From a bacterium (GTDB lineage Bacteria > CALINM01), in assembly GCA_041640455.1 (NCBI GenBank), contig JBEQAF010000054.1:1-14781 (forward strand): DNA of 14,781 nt, in the 5' to 3' direction. The notes under the pieces were generated by a model, which ran no database searches, was not told the origin of the DNA, and worked only from the letters and a program-made list of their open reading frames with translations. Every line of letters begins with the position of its first letter. Within the stretch, counting starts at the first letter, position 1. Of the stretch, positions 8,058-14,781 are shown in pieces. The position numbers and the translations under genes were made by a program.

Positions 8058-10508
8058 TTGGAGAACACACTTTTTGGGCAGAACATTGTTAAAGTCAGTA
8101 TAGTTGATGAAGTAAAGCAATCTTACCTTGATTATGCCATGAGTGTTATAGTGGGGCGAGCCTTGCCTGATGCGAGAGATGGGCTGAAACCCGTTCACAG
8201 AAGAATTCTTTATGCCATGTATGACATGGGTAATGAATGGAATAAACCTTATAAAAAATCTGCCCGTATAGTAGGTGATGTGATAGGTAAATATCATCCA
8301 CATGGTGATGCGGCTGTTTATGATGCACTGGTCAGAATGGCTCAGGATTTTTCAATGAGAATGCCTCTTGTGGATGGTCAGGGAAACTTTGGATCTATTG
8401 ACGGGGATCCACCCGCAGCCATGAGATATACGGAAGTAAGAATGAAGCAGATATCCGATGAGCTTCTTTCTGATCTCGATAAGGAGACAGTTGATTTTAG
8501 CCCCAACTATGATGGTTCTCTTACTGAACCTCAGGTGCTTCCTGCTAAATTTCCTAACCTGCTTATAAATGGTTCGTCAGGCATAGCTGTTGGTATGGCA
8601 ACAAATATTCCACCTCATAATCTGGCTGAATGTATAGATGCAACTATTTATCTGATAAATAACCCCCAATGTACGGTGGAAGAGCTTATTAAACTAATGC
8701 CAGGACCTGATTTCCCTACAGCTGGCATTATCTATGGAAGAGGAGAGATTTTAAAGGCTTACAAGGAAGGGAGAGGGAGCATCAAGATACGCGGCAGGAT
8801 AGAAGAAGAGCTTCTAAAAGGAGACAGGAGGGCACTGGTTATTACCGAGCTTCCCTATCAGGTAAATAAGGCAGAGCTAATAAAAAAGATAGCAGAGCTG
8901 GCAAGGGATAAAAAGATAGAAGGTATATCTGAGATAAGGGATGAGTCTGACAAAGACGGAATCAGGGTTGTAATTGAGTTAAAAAGAGACGCCGTTTCCA
9001 CACTAATCATAAACCAGCTTTTTAAGTTTACCCAGCTTGAACAGAGCTTTGGGGTTAATATGATTGCCCTTGATAAGGGTCAGCCCAGACTTTTAGACCT
9101 TATAGGTCTTCTTAACATATTTATCAGCCACAGAAAAGATGTGGTTACAAGAAGAACTAAGTTTGAGCTGAGAGAAGCTAAAAAGAAGGCGCATATACTT
9201 GAAGGGCTCAAAAAGGCTATTGATAATCTTGATCTTACTATCAGACTAATCAGAGAGGCTAAATCACCAAAAGAGGCAAAGGAATCCCTGATGATTAATT
9301 TAGAAATCTCTGAGATTCAGGCACAGGCAATTCTTGATATGAAACTGCAGAGGCTCACAAATCTTGAAAGAGATAAAATTATTGAAGATTACAACAGCAT
9401 AATAAAGCTTATCTCAGAGCTTGAGGAGATTCTTGCTGATGAGAACAGGATAAGAGAGATTATAGTTAAAGAGCTGTCGGAGATAAAGGCAAAATACGCA
9501 GATAAAAGAAGGACAGAGATTGTGGATGAGGCAATAGAGCTGGAAAGAGAAGATCTCATACCTCAGGAAGAGGTTGTAATAACTGTAACCCATAAAGGTT
9601 TTGTAAAAAGGACACCCATAAATGAATACAGGATGCAGAAAAGAGGAGGAAAAGGGAAAGTTGGGCTTACCCTGAAGGAGGGAGATTTTATTAGAGACCT
9701 TTTTATCTCATCAACCCATGATTTTATCCTCTCTTTTACATCTCTTGGGAGAATGTATGCCATAAAGGCATACGAGTTTCCAGAGGCAGGAAGAAATGCC
9801 TATGGTAAAATAATAACCAACTTCTTCCCGTTAAAAGAGAATGAGAAGGTTACCAATATAATATCTGTCCCAAATTTTGAACTGAAAAAGGATCTTATTT
9901 TTGTCACAGAGAAGGGTATTGTTAAAAGATGCAGTTTAGAGCTCTTCTCAAATGTGAGAAAGTCAGGTATCAATGCCATAAACCTTCCTGAAGATGATCT
10001 GCTGGTATCGGTCTCCCTTGTATCAGATGAGGATGACGTAATCTTATCAACCAGAAGAGGCAAAAGTATAAGATTTAAGGCAACCGATGTGAGAAGCATG
10101 GGCAGAATCGCCTATGGAGTCAAAGGAATTACACTGGAAGATGATGATACGGTAGTGGCTATGGATGTGATAGCCGAAGACAGCGGATCCCTGCTTACTG
10201 TAACTACTCTGGGATATGGTAAAAAAACTGATCTTAAGGAATACAGAGTTCAGACAAGAGGAGGGAAAGGTATTTATACGGTAAGACTTACCGAAAAGAA
10301 TGGAGAGGTTTATAGTGTTTTAAGGATAAGAGATGAGGAAGATGAGATAATTCTTATATCCAGTTCCGGAAAAATCGTCAGGCTCTCGGTTAAAAATATA
10401 CCCGAATACTCAAGGCTTAGCCAGGGTGTAAAATTAATTGATTTATCGGAAGAAGAAAGAATTGTGGGAGTAGCAAAACTTTTAGAGAAGGAGAACGAAG
10501 ATGAATAA
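8058..10508 (+). CDS. gyrA: DNA gyrase subunit A
   Basis: [33 protein letters not shown], catalytic AAMRYTE. The beta-pinwheel CTD contains the GyrA box QKRGGKG (9636-9656), which distinguishes it from ParC. TTG start with a strong SD. Confidence 0.98.
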   Translation: MENTLFGQNIVKVSIVDEVKQSYLDYAMSVIVGRALPDARDGLKPVHRRILYAMYDMGNEWNKPYKKSARIVGDVIGKYHPHGDAAVYDALVRMAQDFSMRMPLVDGQGNFGSIDGDPPAAMRYTEVRMKQISDELLSDLDKETVDFSPNYDGSLTEPQVLPAKFPNLLINGSSGIAVGMATNIPPHNLAECIDATIYLINNPQCTVEELIKLMPGPDFPTAGIIYGRGEILKAYKEGRGSIKIRGRIEEELLKGDRRALVITELPYQVNKAELIKKIAELARDKKIEGISEIRDESDKDGIRVVIELKRDAVSTLIINQLFKFTQLEQSFGVNMIALDKGQPRLLDLIGLLNIFISHRKDVVTRRTKFELREAKKKAHILEGLKKAIDNLDLTIRLIREAKSPKEAKESLMINLEISEIQAQAILDMKLQRLTNLERDKIIEDYNSIIKLISELEEILADENRIREIIVKELSEIKAKYADKRRTEIVDEAIELEREDLIPQEEVVITVTHKGFVKRTPINEYRMQKRGGKGKVGLTLKEGDFIRDLFISSTHDFILSFTSLGRMYAIKAYEFPEAGRNAYGKIITNFFPLKENEKVTNIISVPNFELKKDLIFVTEKGIVKRCSLELFSNVRKSGINAINLPEDDLLVSVSLVSDEDDVILSTRRGKSIRFKATDVRSMGRIAYGVKGITLEDDDTVVAMDVIAEDSGSLLTVTTLGYGKKTDLKEYRVQTRGGKGIYTVRLTEKNGEVYSVLRIRDEEDEIILISSSGKIVRLSVKNIPEYSRLSQGVKLIDLSEEERIVGVAKLLEKENEDE

Positions 10509-11394
10509 GAAAAGTTTTTATGTAATATTTATCATATTGGTTATTGCTCTTTCAGGCTGTGCCGAAAGAAAGGCTAAGGAAAACTATAAAGTAGCAGAGG
10601 AGCTGATGAAATCGGGGAATTATAAGGAAGCAGCTGGCAAGTATGCGGAGGTGATAAAGCTGGATAAACAGATCCCTGAAGTGGAAGATGCCTATTTTAA
10701 GCTGGGGGTTATCTATGCAAAATATCTGGAAGATCCCAACTCTTCTGTTCATTATCTTGAAGAGCTGATCAAAAAATATCCAGGTTCTCAAAGAATAGTA
10801 GAAGCAAGAAAAGAGGTGGGTGTTACCTATCTTTATAAACTTAATAAACCCGATAAGGCGCTGGAGCAGTTTGAGTTTATAGAGAAAAATAATCCCAAGA
10901 TCGGCTTCCTTGACGAAGTTGTGTTTCTCAAAGGCAAGAGCTATATTGCACTTAACAGGCTTGATATGGCAGAAAAGAGCTATGAGAATTATTCTACCAT
11001 CTTTCCCAATTCAAAGTATCTTGAAGAGGTGGATTATCAAAGATGTCTTTTAAAGCTTAACATGGGTAAAGGAAAGGAAGCTATAACTGCCTATCAGAAT
11101 TTTCTTACAAAATATCCCAATTCAAGCTATAGAGAGCTGGCTCGTTATGATCTTGGTGTGGCTTATGAAAATATTGGAGATCTGATTAACGCCCTTGAGA
11201 CCTATAAAAGTGTGGGGAAAGACTATCCCAATCAGGAAGCACTTAAAGTTAAGATAGAAAAGCTTGAGGAGAGATTAAAAAAGAAAAACAAAAAAGCTAT
11301 TACAAGAACTCCAAAGTCTGTTAAGGAATCAAGAAAAAAGCCACAGAATATTAGTTCAAAAAAAACAGGCAAAAAAACAAAAACTAAAAATTGA
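10501..11394 (+). CDS. TPR-repeat lipoprotein (BamD/CpoB-like repeats) with Lys-rich C-terminal tail
   Basis: Signal peptide with lipobox LSG-C20; repeated TPR units ([26 protein letters not shown]...ARYDLG.AY); 8-nt overlap with gyrA. Confidence 0.85.
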   Translation: MNKKSFYVIFIILVIALSGCAERKAKENYKVAEELMKSGNYKEAAGKYAEVIKLDKQIPEVEDAYFKLGVIYAKYLEDPNSSVHYLEELIKKYPGSQRIVEARKEVGVTYLYKLNKPDKALEQFEFIEKNNPKIGFLDEVVFLKGKSYIALNRLDMAEKSYENYSTIFPNSKYLEEVDYQRCLLKLNMGKGKEAITAYQNFLTKYPNSSYRELARYDLGVAYENIGDLINALETYKSVGKDYPNQEALKVKIEKLEERLKKKNKKAITRTPKSVKESRKKPQNISSKKTGKKTKTKN

Positions 11395-11804
11395 AGATAA
11401 AATTATTTACCATCGGAAAGATAAAAGAGAAGGATCTGTTAAGCTACGAGAGAGAACTAAAAAAACGTATATCTTCTTTTGCAGAGCTATCTGACGAGGT
11501 TGTGGAAAAAGAGGAGCATATTTTTAAAAAGCTAAACCACGACGAAAGGCTCATACTTCTTGATGTATCAGGTAAGGAGCTTAGCTCTTCTGAGTTTTCC
11601 CGTATTCTTGATTATCCCAAAATAGCCTTTGCCATAGGATCTCACGAAGGTTTTAGTAAAAAGACTCTTCAGGAGGCAGGTAAAAAGGGCGATATTATCT
11701 CTCTTTCCAAACTTACCTTTCCACACAGACTTTGTAAGATAATATTAATCGAACAGATTTACAGGGGCTTTTGCATAAAAAACAATCTTCCCTATGCAAA
11801 ATAG
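11391..11804 (+). CDS. rlmH: 23S rRNA pseudouridine(1915)-N3-methyltransferase RlmH (SPOUT)
   Basis: Motifs MKI.L..IGK.K, LD..GK.LSS.EFS, F.IG...G, SLSKLTFPH.L..IIL.EQIYR.F.I....PY; TTGA overlap with the upstream gene. Confidence 0.92.
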   Translation: MKIKLFTIGKIKEKDLLSYERELKKRISSFAELSDEVVEKEEHIFKKLNHDERLILLDVSGKELSSSEFSRILDYPKIAFAIGSHEGFSKKTLQEAGKKGDIISLSKLTFPHRLCKIILIEQIYRGFCIKNNLPYAK

Positions 11805-11808
11805 ATTA

Positions 11809-13266
11809 TCAAAACTGCTCTTCTGAAAAAACCTGCGCTGAAAAAATATAAATTTTGGTATCTTTATCTTTATAAGCTGAGGGCGAAAGCCCTGCTTTAA
11901 TGGATAGTCTTCTTAAAAATTCATCTCTATCCCAGTTGTTTTCTATGGCAACCTGAGGCAGAAAAGTTGCGCAGTTTAATCCTTTGCAAAGATGAATGCC
12001 GTGTTTTCCTATCTCTATCTCCTCTAAATTTTTAATCTCTTTAACCTCTTCTATATAGGATATCTCTAAGGAAATATCTTTCAACTCATTTTCTCGCAAC
12101 GGTTTGTATCTTGGGTCTCTTGTGGAAGCCTGAATGGTCATCTCCGATACGGTAAGATATAAGGGATGATTGGACTCCAGTGTCCCCATACAGCCACGTT
12201 GAATGCCATTTTTCTTCAGGGTTATAAAAACAGCCCCCTTTTTTAAAAGCCTGTTGTCATCAGGCACAAGATCAGGAATCTCACTGCTTGTTATATATCT
12301 TTCAAGAGTTTTACGAGCAATTTTAAGAAGAGTCTTTTTTTCTGCTGTGGTTAGCGGAGGATTATCTTCGTTCAGGTAAAAGGCAAAGGCGCTGTAGCCA
12401 ACCACCCTTTCTTTATTTCCCACCGTATCACCAGAATTCAGATATTTTAAAAACTCCACCCTTCCATTTAAGATTTTAGTTAGCTCCATAAGAATAATCA
12501 CCGCATCGTATCCGCAGAGCTCACAGTTTTTTCTGAACAGACATTCAGAAAGCTCATCCACATCAAGCTCTTTAATCTTTTTTATAGTTGTGTGATCCAT
12601 AATCTCTGCCCGCTGATAATTGTGGTAATGGGACATATCAGAAGAAGCAACTATTAAATATTTGTCGGGATTACTTAATATGAGATCTTTAAGAAATGAA
12701 ATAAGCTGGTTACGCTCTTTTTCATTAATTCTGCCTATTACCAGAGGAAGGATCTTAAGATTCTTTATGGTCATCTGCAGAAAGGGGATCTGGGTATCAA
12801 TAGGGTGCTCTCTTTCGAATGACTGGGGATAAAATCTTATAAAATCCATAGATTTCATAAGTCTTAAACTAAGCTGACTGTCTATATTCACCTCTCCAAG
12901 TGGAGTTTTAAAACTTCCAGCAGGATAGATGGAAATCCCATCTATGGGATAATAATGACTGTTTGATATGATAATGGCTGTAAGATTTTCCTTGCCAATT
13001 AATCTTTTGTATGCCTCACCTGCCACTGAACCTGAATAATTGTATCCAGCATGGGGAGAGATGATACCAAAAAGGTGACGGTTGTTTTTATAGGAAACTA
13101 TTTTATCTGACGAAGATAGGGCTTTTAAAATTACTCTTTCCAGCTCCTCTTTTTTATCTGGAAAATAACTGCCTGCAGAGGGGGTATAATAAGAACCTGT
13201 CACATATACACCAGCGCTACAGGAGGTTAAGATGAAAAATATGAAAATTAAAAATTTTTTTCTCAT
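11809..13266 (-). CDS. Fused AmmeMemoRadiSam protein B (Memo, LigB-like fold) + protein A (AMMECR1) with N-terminal lipoprotein signal
   Basis: Memo domain: AGSYFP, SPHAGY.YSG..A, SH, F.TPLG, EH..D.Q.PFLQ, ASSDMSHY, CG, NSGD..G....VVGY. AMMECR1 domain: L.K.ARK.L, GAVFITL, RGCMG, DPRY.PL...EL, IG.HG, ATFLPQVA...W....FL..L..KAGL. N-terminus MRKKFLIFIFFILTS-C16. Confidence 0.92.
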   Translation of the reverse strand: MRKKFLIFIFFILTSCSAGVYVTGSYYTPSAGSYFPDKKEELERVILKALSSSDKIVSYKNNRHLFGIISPHAGYNYSGSVAGEAYKRLIGKENLTAIIISNSHYYPIDGISIYPAGSFKTPLGEVNIDSQLSLRLMKSMDFIRFYPQSFEREHPIDTQIPFLQMTIKNLKILPLVIGRINEKERNQLISFLKDLILSNPDKYLIVASSDMSHYHNYQRAEIMDHTTIKKIKELDVDELSECLFRKNCELCGYDAVIILMELTKILNGRVEFLKYLNSGDTVGNKERVVGYSAFAFYLNEDNPPLTTAEKKTLLKIARKTLERYITSSEIPDLVPDDNRLLKKGAVFITLKKNGIQRGCMGTLESNHPLYLTVSEMTIQASTRDPRYKPLRENELKDISLEISYIEEVKEIKNLEEIEIGKHGIHLCKGLNCATFLPQVAIENNWDRDEFLRRLSIKAGLSPSAYKDKDTKIYIFSAQVFSEEQF

Positions 13267-13285
13267 CAGGAAGGACTACTATTGA

Positions 13286-13642
13286 TCAGCTGGACTGATT
13301 TTTTTCTTTAATCTCTTCCAGTAGCCTGTTATTTATATATTCAAGCACCGACGGATGCATATATTCCACCTGAATACCCATCCCACCTTTTGCATGCTTA
13401 ACCAGCTGAGGATTGTCAACTATCTTTTTCCGCCTGATTATTCCATTGAGCTTAATATCACTGCCATTTAGTCTAAGCTCTATATTTACCCGATCACCTG
13501 GATTAAGAGCTGTTGCGGTCTGAATGAATAATCCGCTGTAAGACACATCAGTTACAACTCCATAATACTTTTTCTCATTACTGGAATCGCTGAAATAGGC
13601 TGTGGCAAATAGATTAACCCTTTTATGACGTCTTCTTTCCAT
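13286..13642 (-). CDS. Stand-alone PilZ domain protein (putative c-di-GMP receptor)
   Basis: RxxxR motif (ERRRHKR) and D/NxSxxG motif (DVSYSG), followed by LFIQT...L.PG..V and GMGIQ. Confidence 0.9.
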   Translation of the reverse strand: MERRRHKRVNLFATAYFSDSSNEKKYYGVVTDVSYSGLFIQTATALNPGDRVNIELRLNGSDIKLNGIIRRKKIVDNPQLVKHAKGGMGIQVEYMHPSVLEYINNRLLEEIKEKNQSS

Positions 13643-13670
13643 TTGCTTATTTTCATATATTTGCTACAAT
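13643..13670 (+). promoter_or_regulatory. Putative sigma70 promoter for the comEA-like/epimerase unit
   Basis: TTGCTT (13643-13648), a 16-bp spacer and TACAAT (13665-13670), with extended -10 TG at 13662-13663. Confidence 0.45.
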
Positions 13671-13677
13671 TTATCAA
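13649..13677 (-). promoter_or_regulatory. Putative sigma70 promoter for the PilZ/Memo-AMMECR1 unit
   Basis: On the minus strand: TTGATA (13677-13672), a 17-bp spacer and GAAAAT (13654-13649), then 6 nt to the PilZ ATG. The -10 element is imperfect. Confidence 0.3.
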
Positions 13678-13706
13678 GAAAAATTTGTGTTAATGCGGGA
13701 GGTTAA

Positions 13707-13973
13707 ATGAAAAGGTTCTTGGTTATTTTTTTAGTTCTTTTCACCATTTCGCTATCAGCTGGATTTGAAAAGGTAGATCTTAATAAGGCTGATGAATATA
13801 CTCTTGCCAGAATTCCTGGTGTGGGCAGACTAACTGCCAGAAGAATTGTAGAATACAGGCAAAAAAACGGCAATTTTAAGAACATTGAGGATTTAAAAAA
13901 TATACCTGGTGTGGCTATTAAGAGATACGAGGCATTAAAGGACAGGGTTTATATTAATAAAGAGGAAAAATGA
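13707..13973 (+). CDS. comEA: ComEA-like secreted helix-hairpin-helix DNA-binding protein
   Basis: Sec signal peptide MKRFLVIFLVLFTISLSA; VDLNKA....L..IPGVG...A.RIVEYR..NG.F..IEDL.NIPGV; SD GGGAGG at 13697-13702. Confidence 0.85.
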   Translation: MKRFLVIFLVLFTISLSAGFEKVDLNKADEYTLARIPGVGRLTARRIVEYRQKNGNFKNIEDLKNIPGVAIKRYEALKDRVYINKEEK

Positions 13974-14781
13974 AAATACTGATTACAGGCATAGCAGGAT
14001 TTATAGGTTTTTTTCTGGCAAAACGGCTTGCCAAAACAGAATATGAGATTATAGGCATTGACAACATTAATAGCTATTATGACCCTGCATTAAAATACCA
14101 GCGATTGAGAGAGCTGGGCTTTGATGCAGAAGAGATAGAATATGATAAGCAGATTAACAGCAAAGTTTTTAAAAATCTTAGTTTTATAAAGCTCAATCTT
14201 GAAGATAGAGATGCAATAAAGAGATTATTTGATACCTATGGTTTTGATTATATTTTTAATCTTGCAGCTCAGGCAGGTGTAAGATACAGTCTCGAAAACC
14301 CGTATGCTTATATTGATAGCAATATTCAGGGCTTTATTAATATACTTGAGGGAGCAAGAAATAATAAGGTTAAGCATCTTATATACGCATCATCAAGCTC
14401 AGTTTATGGTGCCAATAAAAAACTACCTTTCAGCGAGTATGATAGAGTTGATTCGCCAGTATCTCTTTATGCAGCTACCAAAAGGGCAAACGAGCTAATG
14501 GCATATAATTACAGCTACCTTTTTAAAATTCCGTCCACAGGTCTTAGGTTTTTTACTGTTTATGGTCCCTTTGGAAGACCCGATATGGCATACTTCAAAT
14601 TTACCCGCTCAATTTTTGAAGATAAGTCCATAGATGTTTATAACTATGGAAAAATGAGAAGAGATTTTACCTACATTGATGACATAATTGAAGGACTTGT
14701 ACTTGTTTGGGACAGGATCCCTAAACAGGATGAAATAAACGGGACACCTCACAGGGTATATAATATAGGCAATAATAATCC
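13970..14781 (+). CDS. NAD-dependent epimerase, UDP-glucuronate 4-epimerase-like (3' partial)
   Basis: Not in the ORF track because it has no stop inside the window. Manual translation from ATG 13970 (ATGA overlap): MKILITGIAGFIG...IDNINSYYD..LK..RL...NLAAQAGVRYSLENP.AY..SN...YASSSSVYG.N...SLYAATKRANELMA..YS...GLRFFTVYGP.GRPDMA...RDFTYIDDI...VYNIGNNN. Confidence 0.93.
   Translation, partial: MKILITGIAGFIGFFLAKRLAKTEYEIIGIDNINSYYDPALKYQRLRELGFDAEEIEYDKQINSKVFKNLSFIKLNLEDRDAIKRLFDTYGFDYIFNLAAQAGVRYSLENPYAYIDSNIQGFINILEGARNNKVKHLIYASSSSVYGANKKLPFSEYDRVDSPVSLYAATKRANELMAYNYSYLFKIPSTGLRFFTVYGPFGRPDMAYFKFTRSIFEDKSIDVYNYGKMRRDFTYIDDIIEGLVLVWDRIPKQDEINGTPHRVYNIGNNN

Noticed and set aside
10251..10271. 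Second GyrA-box-like motif QTRGGKG
   Set aside because: Degenerate copies in other pinwheel blades are a normal result of the CTD repeat structure.
430..10791. Short minus-strand ORFs (430-648, 1666-1875, 2700-2909, 3577-3789, 3923-4207, 4204-4401, 4510-4764, 5065-5346, 6865-7050, 7582-7770, 8022-8303, 8146-8328, 9563-9763, 9800-10099, 10552-10791)
   Set aside because: All are antisense to well-conserved genes, are mostly Ser/Phe/Leu/Ile-rich mirror translations and show no recognisable motifs.
13703..13885. 60-aa minus-strand ORF
   Set aside because: It is an antisense shadow of the ComEA-like gene.
14304..14498. 64-aa plus-strand ORF from the track
   Set aside because: It is an out-of-frame shadow inside the epimerase gene that starts at 13970.
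1..14781. CRISPR arrays, tRNA/rRNA genes, stop-codon recoding, defence-system genes
   Set aside because: No spaced direct repeats, cloverleaf or rRNA-like tracts, or defence domains were seen. The genes appear complete at their stops (nrnA and the Memo-AMMECR1 fusion end in TGA TAA), and the intergenic gaps are short or otherwise explained.

Overview
AT-rich chromosomal window from a diderm bacterium (lipoprotein and Sec signal peptides are present; the gene order resembles Desulfobacterota/Nitrospirota-type genomes, but this is a guess). It is mostly housekeeping. The + strand carries the 3' part of a PmbA/TldE gene, rimP-nusA-infB-DUF503-rbfA-DHH/DHHA1-truB, a gyrA with no adjacent gyrB, a TPR lipoprotein and rlmH. 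The - strand carries a stand-alone PilZ gene followed by a Memo(AmrB)-AMMECR1(AmrA) fusion. Divergent from these are a ComEA-like HhH gene and a UDP-glucuronate 4-epimerase-like gene that runs off the window and is absent from the ORF track. The three most notable observations are: (1) the Memo-AMMECR1 fusion has a lipoprotein signal peptide, lies 19 nt downstream of a PilZ gene and has no radical SAM partner in the window; (2) a ~300-bp element with terminal inverted repeats (IS630-like MITE or remnant) sits just upstream of the rimP-nusA promoter; (3) a terminator-like leader hairpin precedes rimP. No rRNA, tRNA or CRISPR array was seen.
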